Source of the DNA: the human T2T-CHM13v2.0 reference genome, Homo sapiens
Reading direction: 5' to 3' (one strand)
Length of the DNA stretch: 64,000 nucleotides
Assembly: GCF_009914755.1 (NCBI RefSeq)
Contig: NC_060946.1
Shown here: piece after piece, positions 34,876 to 56,040 of the stretch
How positions within the stretch are numbered: position 1 is the first letter of the stretch
How the letters are laid out: the number at the start of each line of letters is the position of its first letter
The notes under the pieces: model-generated
What the model was told of the DNA's origin: nothing
The model's input: only the letters and a program-made list of their open reading frames with translations
Databases searched by the model: none
Program-made: the position numbers and the translations under genes

Positions 34876-35167
34876 GTTCTCTGTCCTCCCATGGGAGCTC
34901 AGTGCCCATGGTGCAGACAGCCCCTCTCAGCTGCTCAGGACCAAGTAGGGAAGCTCTGCTCTGTCTTGGTACCCGCAGAACCCAGGCTGGTGCCCATGCT
35001 GGGACTTTAATGTGGTGACAAAACTCCTCATGCAGTGCTGATTGATTCTCTGACAGTGTCTAGGAATGTAATTCCCCTGACCAGGGGACAGGTTGAGGAT
35101 GAGTTTCAGGGGGGATGACAACAAGACTTCCAATGACACAGCCACAGGGAGAATTGAGATGCACAAT
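34876..35167 (+). pseudogene. Highly degenerate IGLV3-like relic with vestigial RSS
   Basis: CAGACAGCC..AGCTGCTCAGGA (FR1 Cys), TGGTACCCGCAGAACCCAGGC (WYxQxPG, 34967), GATTCTCTG, CTGACCA..CAGGTTGAGGATGAG. Then TCCAATG, a 23-nt spacer ACACAGCCACAGGGAGAATTGAG similar to IGLV3 spacers, and a decayed nonamer. Confidence 0.65.
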
Positions 35168-36530
35168 CTGCTGTCCCCAGCCTGGATCACACGCTCCCCC
35201 TGCATTTAGGAAAGTTGCTTAGAATTAGGCTGAAGAGGTCAGGATTCAGTTTTAACATTGACCTCTCTCTCATTTTCTCTTTTACTCTCTTTTCTCCTTC
35301 TCTCTTCCTCTCTCTTTCTTTCTCTTTCTCTATGATACTGAAGCCCTTATTCACCCCCATTCTCAGCTATGAAATGGACATGGAACCCTGACATCGTGAG
35401 TTTCCTCAAGGATCACAGGAGTGGAGTAAAGATCTGAGCCCTGTCTCCAGGTGTCCTCAAGGGTCTACATCACAGGCTCCTCCATCCTGCTCTTCCCTTA
35501 CACAGGGGCTCCCCTCAGATCCTGCCCATGCCTAAATTTAGGCCCCATTTCTTTGAGACCTGTGGACACTTCATCCTGAGGTTCCTGAGGGTTTTTCTCC
35601 CTGCTGACGGGAGATCCCACTGATCACATGGTCTGCTTGTTGTTTCTCAATCCTGGAGCACAGCTGCAAGTGTCACCTGAGACACGGCCAATCCCCCATA
35701 CAGGACAGCAGTGAAGGTGGAAGAATCCCAGAGTGACCGGGTACAGTCATTCATTCAAATTCCATGGGGCTCTTGCTGCATCACTGGGTGTCATCCTTTG
35801 GGAACCTGGACTTCTAAACTATAAGACTCAGAGTTAGAAAACAGAATCATAAATTCCCCATGTAAGCCACTACTTCCACCCCTGGTCCTGGACTCAGATA
35901 TGTTACTAATGAGGAACACAGTTCCTCATAGTGGCTGCTGATTGAGGACATGGTGGGCAAACTGTGGTTGATGGACACATCTGTCTTGCATCCTGCATTG
36001 GAACACAGTCTTGCTCATGTCTTTATGAGTGACATGTGGCTGTTTTCATGCTGCAATACAAGGCTTGGTTGTGGTGACAGAGATCCTATGGTCTGAAAAT
36101 CTGAAATACTATACTAAAGGTCCCATACTGTATCATGTCATCTACATGAATTATCTACAATAGACAAATCCATGCAGGCAGAAAGAAGATGAGTGGTTGC
36201 CCAGAATTGGAGAAGGTGATGAAAGAGGAGAGGCTGCTCACTGGGTGCAGAATTTTCTTTTGGGTGATGAAAATGTAGGAGAACTACACACACAGCTGGT
36301 GGCTGCCCAACAAAGTGAAGGTGCTAAGTGCCACTGCGTTGTACATTTTGAAGTGATTAATTCTTGGTTATATGAATTCCACACAATACAAAACTATGAT
36401 TTTCAGAAATTGACTGTTATAATTGAGTTATTATATCTACAACTTTATGATGGCACTAAAGGACCATGAGCAGTCAATGCAAAGGATCCAGACAATATTT
36501 CAAGGGCTCTTCCAGAGTAACAAGACATGA

Positions 36531-36913
<383 letters not shown>

Positions 36914-39276
36914 AACCCTCGGAGTTTTTATGAGCACCGAAGGGTGCAGGGAGCTGGAAGCTACCCACCAGGTGCCTGGCTCACTCATGTCTGGGTGCAG
37001 CAGCTCCCCCAACAGGCAGCTGGCAGAACTGAAAGGGAAGAGCTATATCCTTCTGAGCCCCCACAATTGTGGTGCAGGATTGTTCCCGACACTCCCATCC
37101 AGCCTGCTTGCTCCTGCACACTTAGAAATGATCATTATTTCTGCCCAGGACCTCCCTGGTCTTGCTCTCCCCTCTTCCTCCCCAGGCGACCTTGGGAACT
37201 TTACTCACCCTCTGGCCCTTCCCTCCTCTGTCCAGTGTTTTCCCCACCCACTGTGATCAGCTCAGATCAGCGAGTCTGTGGGACATTAGGGATCAGTCAC
37301 CCATGTGAGGCCCTCGACGGGGTCCCAGGATGGAGCAGTGTATGTCCCCACAAGGCTGCTTATTGCACAAGTAATGGAGGAACAAAGGGGTGGGTAAGCC
37401 CCCTCCTGGGCAGCTTCAGACCCTGCTAAAATAGGAAACAGCCTGGGGCAGGTCTGACCCCACTTGTGTCTCTCCTGCCCCCACCCCAGCAGCAGCGTCC
37501 TGGAGGCCATACCATGTGCTAAGCAGATGCCAAGATCACGTTATTCATCATCACCTGGAAATTCCCCTAACCACACCTTAATACGCTGCACTCGTGCCTC
37601 AGCTAAAAGTATCACACACTGCATTGCAATGAGTTTGGATCCCAGACCCCCTTGATGTTTGTCACTGCTCTTTCAGATCCTCGAAAACACCTACCCCTCC
37701 CTGCAGGTCAGTGACAGACTCTTCTTCCTCACACTTCCTTTCACTGTTTCTTCCTTCCTGAGAGCAGCTCCAGAGACTCCTCTTCAGGGAGGCGCCCCAA
37801 CCTCTGATTACACAGCAGTCTGCCTGTCATTTTCTGTGTATGCATTCTATTAATGATCTGCAGAGCACCTAAACTTCATGCCTCTTTTCCTAACATGTTT
37901 ATTAATTGATTTTCTGGTGCTAAATACTCCTACAATCAATCAAAAATGCTTCTCCTCTGCTTGGACACTCATGAGAAACAGTCATGAACCATTTGCTATT
38001 TTATCCTCAAAAAGTAAGTGTGGAGTTCACTGCTGTTCCCCACATACTCACCAAATAATGAGAAACCCAGCAATTACCCAACTTTCTGCTCCACCATCAT
38101 GACACAGTAGGCTTTTCTTTCATTTGTGTGGACTTAAGACCTCAGGATGGCTGCTGCAGCTCCAGCTATTATACCCATATTCAAGAGCAAAGGTGCTGCA
38201 CGAAAACAGTCTGTTTATTTCCATCACAAGAGAAAATGTTCCCTGAGAAGATCTCCAACCACCTGACCCTTACAGCCCTGGGGCCAGCATGGGACCATGT
38301 GGTCAGTCCAAGCCAAGAGTGACCAGGGAAAACAAGGATCTTTTTGTAAATAAATAGAGGAGAAAATACACAGGTAGAAGATGGTGCTTCTACTACAAAC
38401 TGTTTCTATTACACAGCCCCAACCCCCATGTAGGAAACTCCTGGGGTCAGAAACAGTCTTTCTCGTGCTGAATTCCCAGGATGGAATATTGCCAGATCAG
38501 AGTGGGTGTCAATAAATACTGGCTGGGTGGATATGCTCCTGCCTTTGTTTTTGGGGCAGGAGCCACCACTGCCTCATGTTTTTCTACACCTGGAGCCATG
38601 AAACTTGGTGTCTGAGGTCTGCGGCACTATATGCAGAGCCTTGGTAAGATGCACTGGACCACTTACCAACCCAGTGACAGTAGAGGGATGTCTTAGGTGG
38701 GCCCTACCCATTTTCCTCCAATAGGACGTGCTCATAATTTCATGGGTAACCGAGCCCCTTATGCCTGGTATTGAGGCATATAAGGCCAAATAAAGAAGAG
38801 GAATTCCTCTCTTGGAACCAGCAGTCCATGGACAAGGGAATCAGGGACCTGAGCAGCAGGTTCTGAATCCACACCTGATCTGGGGCAGGACCCAGAACCT
38901 ATCAAAGTCTTCTGCTGTTAACTATAGAATGGGCTCACAAAATGCAGACAGAATGATCTGTGAACTCCACCTGGCCTGGCTAGCTGAGAACCAAGGCCAA
39001 GACATAGTTTAAGGTAAAGATGTTGGCCCAGACTTTGGGACCAGCAAGTGAAGGAGAATTCTGTGGGCTGAGGTGGGTCTGTAGGGTCCTCCCCTCCCCT
39101 CTCTGTGTCCCTTGGGGCTGAGCCCTTCTCTGGAAACTACAAAGCTACTCCAGTAGCAGCCCCTGATTCTGCTGACTTGCCTCACGGGCCGCTTTCTCCA
39201 TCAAGGGGATAAGAGAGGCCTGGGAGAAACCTACCCGCCCTGGGCCACAGGAAGCAGCATCAGGGATGTCTCAGTC

Positions 39277-39916
39277 ATGGACTGGACCTTTCTCAGCCTC
39301 CTCGCTCACTGCACAGGTGCTGCCGCCAGAGTCCCAGCCACCCGCCCAGCCCCGGGCTGTGGGACCAGGCTGGCCTTGATTGTGAGCTCAGCAGGGCTCT
39401 GCCTGTGGTGGAAAGGATGCTCATGACCTTGCTGCAGGGTGAGGGGCTGGTAAGGTTGAAATCTTCCTGTACTCCTGTGCTCATGGGCACTCTGAGGGGC
39501 ACAGTCAGGCTCCCTTTCATCCCAGAAGCTCTGTCCCAGCCAGGCAGGTGCAAAGGAATCCTGAGGATCAGCTCCTCAGCTTCAAGCCTTTTCTCCCTCA
39601 TCTCCTGCAGGTTTCATGGCCACATATGAGCTGTCTCAGCCACCCTCAGTGTCAGTGGCCCCATTACAGATGGCCAGGATCACCTGCTGTGGAAATACTG
39701 TTGGAGGTGGATATGTTTATTGGTACCAGCAGAAGTCAGGCCAGACCCCTGTGCCGGTCATCTATAAAGACAGCAAGTGGCCCTCAAGGACCCCTGAGTG
39801 ATTCTCTGGCTCCAACTTGTGGAACACAGCCACTCTGACCATTAGTGGGGCCCAGGCCAGGGACGAGGCTATTACTGTAGCACCTATGATGGCTGAAGGA
39901 GCAGCAGGCAGTGGCT
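39277..39916 (+). pseudogene. IGLV3-30: Ig lambda variable 3-30 pseudogene
   Basis: Leader 39277-39316 (MDWTFLSLLAHCT), intron 39317-39610, V exon [41 protein letters not shown]...RTPE* (TGA 39799-39801), plus a 4-nt deletion before YYC near 39870. Octamer decayed to ACTTGCCT (39175-39182). Name assigned from gene order before BCRP4. Confidence 0.88.
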
Positions 39917-39955
39917 CACAGTGAAACAGACAGATGGGGATGTGGGACAGGAACC
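39917..39955 (+). other. 23-RSS of IGLV3-30
   Basis: CACAGTG 39917-39923, 23-nt spacer, ACAGGAACC 39947-39955 (weak nonamer). Confidence 0.85.
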
Positions 39956-39996
39956 TCTAATATAACTAGGCTCAATATCTCACATCCCCTCTAAGC

Positions 39997-40215
39997 CAGG
40001 ATGTCCAACATTTTGGCTTCTCTGGGCCACATTGGAAGAAGAAAAATTGTCTTGGGCCACACATAAATACATTAACACTAACAATAGCTGATGAGCTTAA
40101 AAAATTGCAAAAAAATCTCATAAAGTTTTAAGAAAGTTTACAAATTTATGTAGGGCCACGTTCAAAGCCATCCTAGGCTGCATGTGGCCTGCAGGCTGCA
40201 GGCTGGACAAGCTTG
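39997..40215. mobile_element. MER30-like hAT transposon
   Basis: caggatgtccaacattttggcttctctgggccacattggaagaag...ggctggacaagcttg. Confidence 0.75.
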
Positions 40216-41270
40216 CTCTAAGCAGTGACCATGACTTTGGTCTCAGTTCACTCAGGTGGTTTCTCATGGTAGCCAAAGCAGCAGGAGAAACTGTCGGATT
40301 TCTATTTAACCATGAATTTTACAATTACATTCATTGTAAATCCAAACATCTTGTCCCTTTATTACCTGGGCCCTACAGAGACTAGTGCACAGGTTCATGG
40401 GATAAGAAATGTCTCCAGAGAGCTTGGTTTCTGCACTAGAGACAGTCGTTTCCCTCCCTTTCAACACAGAGTGTGGCAGGAAAGGAACCAGTTCTCTGAG
40501 CTAACCCTGAGAACTTGGGCTTGAGAAAAAGAAAGCATTTTGAACCAGTAGGATTGTGCCCACAGAATGAGATGTGCTACTCTGGCCCAGCCCAACTCCT
40601 TTCATTTCAGGAGCTCTGTCTGGGCCAGGCAGGTGCAATGGAATCCTAGGGATCAGCTCCTCAGTTTCAAGCCTTTTCTTCTCTGGGTGTCTGAGAACAG
40701 GAGTTGTCTTGCACGTGCACATGAGAAAGAAGTGCACACACGACTCTCAGGTGTGAGCAGCAAAGACAGAACAAACCTTTCCAGAAGGGGCAAATTTCAT
40801 TAAGATGACAGGGCCTTGTTACACAACCCCACATGTCTGGACTGGGATCTCCTATTGGATCTTGCCATAAATGCAAGGTTTCTTCTCCCATCATAAATTC
40901 CTGCATTGCAGTAGACCCAGCTGGGTTCTAGGGCTCAACCAGCAGGGCACTCCCACCACTGTGTGGACCTGCTGCAGAGCCTTCCTGCTCTAGGACCCAC
41001 AGACATGCAACTTTTCTTTGTTTTTGCTATTTGGGTTGGAGCAACATCCCAAGAGTGAATAATGCTTCTTCCAGAATCCATCATGACCATATATACTTCT
41101 TGATGCGAAGTTAGGATGTAATAATGTGTCCTTTTTTTCTATGGGAGGTGCTCAGCTGTTCCAAACAAGAAGACCCTAAACATTTCTGCTCATATGAAGG
41201 ATGACTCCCTAGGTTTGCTTTCCTATTCTCTGAATGCATGGGTCTCCCCAAATCTTCCAATGACCTTTCA

Positions 41271-49047
<7,777 letters not shown>

Positions 49048-50761
49048 TAAAGCTCCCAGCAGTGGTATGAAACTCCTCCTTTCCAGAGAAAGCGCACTCT
49101 GTCCGCATCCCTCATGTTGTCCTCTCCTGCCTCTGCTTAGGGTTCACTCCGGGGGAAAGTGCCACTTGAGAGTTTCCTTTTTATGTGTGGTTCTGACTGA
49201 CCGCTCCCTGCTCACAGATGCTGCTTCTCAGGGTGGGGTCCCTGAGGCCTGGAGTGTGGCCTCTGACGACCTTCAGGGCCAGGTGCGGAATGAGAGCCTG
49301 TGGCCACATGGCCCCCGGTGGGAGACGTCCCGCCGCCCTTTGCTTCTCTGTGCCACTCTGGCTGCACAGTTCAGAGCCTTGGGAAACGTTAACCAGTAGG
49401 ACCTAGAAGGGGAGGTGAGAAGGGGTCACCCCCCAGGTGTGCCTGTGGTGAGCCTTCGTGCTGAGCAGGTGCAGGGAGGGAGGCCCAGGTGCACACACCT
49501 GTGAAGTAGGGGCAGCTGGCTGGGCTCCTTGACCTGCTCCAGAGCATCTTATTTTCTGGCCACTTCACCTGCAGAAGGCCCAGGTGGCTGTAGCCGCTAG
49601 GGTCCCTTGCAGTGGAAATGATGCCTGTCCTCAGCCCCTCTCTAGGCCTGGCGCTGTGCTCAGCACCGTCGTGTGTGTGTATGTATATGTGCACGCATGT
49701 GAATGTGTGCAGACATCATGAGGTGTGGTCCCTGCTGTTAGGCAGCTTGCCTTGTGGCTGAAGTGAACCATCACCTGAATCAAGGGATGGAAACACAAGG
49801 CCAGATGCAGTGGCCTTCTATGGAGTCAGACGGTGGCTCCGTGACCTGGCTTCACTCCAGAACTACCTGGGGTTTCTAGCTGTGCAAATCCCAGGTCCCA
49901 CTCAGATTATGAGTCCAGTTCTCTGCAGGTGGAACCCAGGAAGGTGTATTTTTAACAAGATGGTACTGCTCATTCACCCAGCCCAGCCAGTGGTCTTGGC
50001 ATACCCAGGAACCGCTGACATAGAGCTTGTGCTCCCCATAAAGTGGGAAACAGAGCGTTCCTGGGTGGGGGACATGTGGCTTGGTCATGACAGTCAGGGT
50101 GTTACATACCAGGACAGACTGTGTTCGGGTGACATTAAGGACAAGCTCCTGCAGGCTAGCTGCCTGGAAAGTGCTGGCTGGGGGTAGAAGTTAGAGGGGT
50201 CACAGAGGGGCTTCCTCCCGGCCCCCTCATCAGCTGCTTGATTTAGGGCTTGGTTCTGGGTCCTTCTGGGCCTGATTCTGAACCATGGGACTGGTGTGGC
50301 CTGCAGGCTCCTCCCGCCACAAGCTGTTCATGGTGCAGGGGGAGAACAGTGTCCACAGTTCCCCAGACAGCAGCTGTGGATGCCAGGCCCCCAGGAGTTG
50401 TTACTGAAGTTGCTGCTGGACAGCTCGCCTTTCACTGAGCTCCACATAGCACCCGTGGTGATGGGAGCCGGATGGAGAGAGCCTGCCAGCCTGCACATCA
50501 GCTCCCAACTGGGAGGGCAGAGGGAGGAGGGGGTGGGGACCCCAGGCAGCAGGGCTCTGGGAGCAGTGGGGCCCTGGGTTCCAGGGGTGTCTGGCAGGCC
50601 CCTCCTTACTCTACGTCTCTCGGCCTCTGGATGGAGGTGCTGGCCGCAGTCGGGCTCTGCCTCTGACTAAGGGTTGGGGAAGTGGCGGGTGTGGGCTGCT
50701 GCCCCGTGGGGCCTCTGAACAGACCCCAGGGCCTCTGCCAATCATGACTCCTTCCTTTCAG

Positions 50762-50821
50762 CTGGACCCACAGGCCCTGCAGGACAGAGACTGGCAGCGC
50801 ACCGTCATCGCCATGAATGGG
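50762..50821 (+). pseudogene. BCRP4: BCR exon 17 copy (60 nt)
   Basis: ttcag|CTGGAC...AATGGG|gtacgt; LDPQALQDRDWQRTVIAMNG. Confidence 0.9.
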
Positions 50822-51657
50822 GTACGTGTCCGTGGGACTCTCCTGGCGCCCACTTCCCCCAGAAGGATAGGGTGGCCTCTGTTCATTTCAAATCAGTCAG
50901 AGGTGGCTGAGCCTGAGGCAGCATCTGAGAGGGAGCCTGGTTGGAGAAGGGAGGGCCCCCAAGAGCAGAATCACCATGCACGGGAATCGTCATTCATTGG
51001 CTGGAATGCAGTTGCCAGCCAGGCCCTGAGCATCCCTCCTCAAACAAAGGTCTCATGGCACCACCAGGACAGGTGGGGCCTCCACTCAGGGACCTGGGGG
51101 CTGCCCATAGAAATGGAGACCCCTGATTTGTCTTTAGGTACCCCAGAAAGGTTTAGACCTTAAAAGCAATGACACACCCAAAAAGGCCCGGGTATAAATG
51201 GTAAAATGTTAATATTTGAGATTCTTGGCTTTTTCTTACATTATTCTGTCTTTCCTACTTAATTTTTAATTGTTACTAAGAGAAAGCTGGTCACAGTACA
51301 CTATAATCTCAGCTACTCTGGAGGCTGAGCCAGGAGAATCACTGGAGCCCAAGAGTTTGATTACAGCCTGGGCAACATTGCAAGATCCCATATCTTAAAA
51401 AAAAGTAAGCAAGCAAGAGAAGCAGCGGGGATTTTAGGAGGTGCTTCTGCAGAAACCAGTCGTTTACATCATCTTCAACAATCCTGGCTCTTGCTGAAGT
51501 AGACTAGGGGCTTCCCCGAGGGGCGGCTCCACCTCATGCTGAGACCTCTGCATGCCTTGGGGGTGGAAATATTTGATGAGACTCCCAGGGGTCCTTGGGA
51601 CCTTGGGCTGTGAGGACCAGAAGGATTAGAGGACTGTGCCCCTTCTCCCCACTGTAG

Positions 51658-51767
51658 ATCGAAGTAAAGCTCTCGGTCAAGTTCAACAGCAGGGAGTTCA
51701 GCTTGAAGAGGATGCCGTCCCGAAAACAGACAGGGGTCTTCGGAGTCAAGATTGCTGTGGTCACCAA
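51658..51767 (+). pseudogene. BCRP4: BCR exon 18 copy (110 nt)
   Basis: tgtag|ATCGAA...ACCAA|gtgagt; [36 protein letters not shown]. Confidence 0.9.
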
Positions 51768-53018
51768 GTGAGTGGGGAGGGGCTTGGGCTCACGCACTGA
51801 GGGTGCCTGTCCCTTCAGCTGTTTCTGCAGAAAAGAGCATGTGTGGGTCTCTCCTCTCTGTGCGTGGCCACTGCACGGTGAGGTCAGGCCCCAGGGAACA
51901 CGGCGTCTTCAGCTACCTCCTGTGTTTCCTGCAAACCAGCTCAGGAATGTCCTTGCCACCTTGCTTGGAAGCAGTAGGCTGGCTCCAGGAACTGCCCAAG
52001 TGCAGGGTTTTCTGCCCTTGCTTGGAATTAGTCACGGTCCCAGATTCCTGTTGAATGGTTGTAACCCCTGCCCCTTTGTCACGAGTCAGTTGCCAAGAGA
52101 AGCCTGTTTGTTGGTTTGAGAGCAGTTCATGCAGACATAGACCACTTCCTCTGAGAATTCATTTGCCTCCCTAGGATGGAATCTGGCTGGGCCTCTGACC
52201 TTGCTGGTCACGTGGGCCGGGGCCTCCATCAGTCATACCCTGGACTCCTATCTGTGTCTAAACACCACGCCCCACCCCCACTCGCATAGCACTCTGGGAG
52301 GGCTGTGGGCATGAGCAGCGAGGACTCCATCAGCAGCTCCCCCAGATAAGCCCTGCTAATGAGGGGGCTTGCGAAGCAGCTTTGATGTGCTGGTAAATCC
52401 AGGTGCAAAACAGAACTCAAGTTAAGGCCTCCGCACAGCACTGCGTTCTAACTGTGAAGGATTCTTACTCTAGTGTCCTGTGTGGAGGTATTGGAATTGT
52501 CCATTGCTAAGACTCAGAGGAGAAAAGCACTTAGCATCGCAGGACTTGGAGCACCGGTGCTGAGGCAACCCTTCATTCATTCGTCGGATGTGTGTTAAGG
52601 CCCAGGCCCAGGGCAGGGGTCAGGGATTCTCCTCTCACACAGCACGTGGGTGGCAGGACCAACACCGGGTCTGACCTCCCAGACGGGGGCACAGGCTGCT
52701 AACCCCAGGCCTGGAATCTGTCAGATGCCCTTCCCGTGCTGACTTGACTTAGACAGGCCTCCTGACCTTCCCGCAAAGGTCATGTGTGATTCGCAGGGGT
52801 TCTGGCCGCTTGAAAGGTTCCTGAGAAAGTACATGCCATGAGGACAGAGCTTGCAGAGGGAGGACAGGCATGCAGAAGGCTCTGTGTGCAGCCCCAGACC
52901 TGGGTACCTTCGTCACCGTCCTCACCCCACCTCCGGGTGTGCACATAGGGAGCAGGTCTCCTGTGTTATGGCCCAAGCAGGGCTGTTAGGACACTGAGAA
53001 CATTCCCTCCTCCCGCAG

Positions 53019-53158
53019 GAGAGAGAGGTCCAAGGTGCCCTACATCGTGCGCCAGTGTGTGGAGGAGATCGAGCGCCGAGGCATGGAGGAGGTGGGCATC
53101 TACCGCATGTCTGGGGTGGCCACGGACATCCAGGCACTGAAGGCAGGCTTCAACGTCA
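53019..53158 (+). pseudogene. BCRP4: BCR exon 19 copy (140 nt; contains the GAP arginine finger)
   Basis: cgcag|GAGAGAG...AACGTCA|gtgagt; [46 protein letters not shown]. Confidence 0.9.
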
Positions 53159-54213
53159 GTGAGTGTCGGCCTGCGCAGGACGGGATGGAGGTGTGGGCAG
53201 TGGTGTCCGCGATGAGATCTCAGAGTGCTCCATGGCCCAGGCATGTCACATCCTTCTCTGTGTCTTTTCTTCATTTACTGTTTTATTATTTTAAAAAAAG
53301 AGAAAACAAGAGTTGTACAAACAGCTTCTATAGAAGCCAGTTTTTACACCATCGTACCCACTCATGCCACTTGGTGGAGTGGACCAGGGGCTTCTGTGGG
53401 GACTTGGCCTTCCTGCCTTGGGGGTGGACAGGAGGTGGAAGCCCAGGACTCAGTGCGGTCTGTCCACTGCCCTGTATGAGGATGTGGTGGGCAGAGGGCA
53501 CTGATGAAATTCAGTGCAGGCCGGGGCTACAGCATCTCCGCCTCCATCTCACCAACGCTCGCAGGCTTTGAAGGACCCAGACCGGCCTCAAATGCCAGGG
53601 GAGGGCACTGAGACCCCAGAGGGTCCCTCCCAGCATCTTCAAAGCAACAGGATTTTGTGCCTGCAGACCCTTCTTTGCAGCACACACCACCCACCCTGAC
53701 CAGGACCCCTAGAATGCCCAGCATCCCTGGGAGGGCCCTGTGGTAGTTTCAGCTCCCTCTGGGGGCCCAGAATGGACCTGGCCTGTGGTGAGGATGTAAG
53801 CACCAATGGCCAATTGGGTCCAAAGGAAGACACCGGTTCAAACACTGAAACCAATCAGATTCTCCCACGGCCTTCCTGCCATCAGACGACACTGGTGCAG
53901 GGGTGGTTGCTATGTACAGGGCAGAGCCACCCAATCCCCACGCAGGCGCTGTGTCCTGCCATGCTGGCCTCCTCCTGGCCATCACATCAGGCCAAGCAGG
54001 GGAGAGGAATGGGAATGCCCACGCACCCCTATCAACTCTGCAGACACAGAACCATGCACAGCTCTTGGGAGGAGTCAGATGAGCTGCTCAAAGCCCAGGA
54101 GGGACCCGCACAGTGGTCAGTGTGGCAGGGACGGTGCTTTAGCCAAGGCAGTGATGATGGGTGACTCACTCAGGATCTTCAAGGAGGCCGCTGCATTTCC
54201 ATGCTCTTTCCAG

Positions 54214-54348
54214 ATAACAAGGACGTGTCGGTGATGATGAGCGAGATGGACGTGAACGCCATCGCAGGCATGCTGAAGCTGTACTTCCGTGAGCTGCCCG
54301 AGCCCCTTTTCACTGACGAGTTCTACCCCAACTTCACAGAGGGCATCG
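54214..54348 (+). pseudogene. BCRP4: BCR exon 20 copy (135 nt)
   Basis: tccag|ATAAC...GCATCG|gtgagc; [44 protein letters not shown]. Confidence 0.9.
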
Positions 54349-55293
54349 GTGAGCACTGGAGGCCTTGGCCTCGTGGGAGATGTCTCCCCCATGTGCACTG
54401 CTGCCCTCGGAGGCTGTGAAAAGCGAGGTGTGGGAACCTGAGTTGTAACCCCTCTGCCATGGTCGGCATTTTAACCCAACCTCAAAAAGCAGGGGACCAG
54501 AACCGAGCCTGTCCTGGAAGGCCTTGCCCATCCCCAGAGGGCTCCCCATCCCTATTCCTCAAGGAGGCCAAGTGGGTGAAATGGTCAGCACTGCCGTGCT
54601 GTGGGGTCCTAAAGTCTGCTGTCCTCCTTCCTGCAGACCAGGGCTAAACACTGGTGCCCAGGTGCTCTTGCCATGGGTCCTGGTCCAGCCAAGCATGGTT
54701 TCAAACATGACCTGACCCTTAGTCAACCTGGAGGCTGATGTCTAGAGTGGGCGCTGGCGCGTGCAGCACCTGTGGCCTCCGCATCACCCTTAGGGCAGGT
54801 CTGCCTCCCGGGCCCATGCACAGAGGACCTGGTCTCCCAGCCTGCAGGTGCCCCTGTGGTGTCCAGGACGACGAGGGGGTCTCTGCGTACTTGGTGGGGC
54901 TGGGACCCTCCCACTTCCCACCTCCTTGTGTCCCTCACTCCCCTGTTTCATTCCATGCTGAGCCTCCCCTGCCTTGGGCTCCCTGGGGAGGGGGTGGTGG
55001 CAGGAGTTGCCCGAGGGCAGCTCTGCCCATGAGCAGCTGCTCTAGCGGCTCCTCCTGCTGCTGTTCGCCGGGTGCTGCTGAGCCCTGCGAGGCAGAGAAA
55101 AGGCGTTCAGGTGGTTCACACCCCACACAGGTGCCCCTCACAGGGTCCTCACTGGCGGCCAGCGCTGTGGGTGTGACGATGATGACAAGCCTAAACTGCG
55201 CAAGGACTCGTGTCCCGGGCGCTCCATGTGACCACCTCGGGAGAGGTCTCCGGCTTGTCGTAACCCAGGGGAGTGACCCACTGCCTCCTGCAG

Positions 55294-55399
55294 CTCTTTC
55301 AGACCCAGTTGCAAAGAAGAGCTGCATGCTCAACCTGCTGTCGTCCCTGCCGGAGGCCAACCTGCTCACCTTCCTTTTCCTTCTAGACCACCTGGAAAG
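55294..55399 (+). pseudogene. BCRP4: BCR exon 21 copy (106 nt)
   Basis: tgcag|CTCTT...GGAAAG|gtagcc; [34 protein letters not shown]. Confidence 0.9.
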
Positions 55400-55877
55400 G
55401 TAGCCCAGCTCTCTTGTGGCTGCCCAGGACTCCAGGTCTCCAGGCCTTTGGGGTGCCCCTCTGCTCCCACCAGACCCCCAGCACCAAGGACCTTTTCCCC
55501 CGACCCCTGTCTGCAGTAACTCACTGCTTCTAAGGACTAGCACCACTGCCACCCCCACCCCTGCCTCTCCTCTTTGCCACCCTCCTCCCTCTGCACTGTG
55601 GCCTTAACAAAGAGCTCAGAGCTTTGGCCGTGGCCAGCAGTGCATTTGGACCACTCCCCCTTCCCTCCCAAACACATCATGAAGACCTCCCCATCAGCCC
55701 AGAGCTGGCCCCTTGTCCCGGGCCACTAAGACCCAGAAGTACCAAGGCTGGAGTCAGCTTGTAGCACAGCCAGGGTCGACGTCACTCCCTCCCTGAGGAC
55801 TCTAGCACGGCACAGCCCCTCTGCCTCTCTCCTGGTGGTGGCGTTGAAACAGCACCCTCTGCTTCCGTCCTCTACAG

Positions 55878-56040
55878 GGTGGCAGAGAAGGAGGCAGTCA
55901 ATAAGATGTCCCTGCACAACCTCGCCACTGTCTTTGGCCCCACGCTGCTCCGGCCCTCCGAGAAGGAGAGCAAGCTCCCTGCCAACCCCAGCCAGCCCAT
56001 CACCATGACTGACAGCAGGTCCTTGGAGGTCATGTCCCAG
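55878..56040 (+). pseudogene. BCRP4: BCR exon 22 copy (163 nt)
   Basis: tacag|GGTGG...TCCCAG|gtatgg; [54 protein letters not shown]. Confidence 0.9.

Noticed and set aside
54738-55558. Long ORFs of 221 aa (+) and 207 aa (-)
   Set aside because: GC-rich BCR intron 20 sequence; only the last ~35 codons of the + ORF are the real exon 21 copy, and the rest has no recognisable homology.
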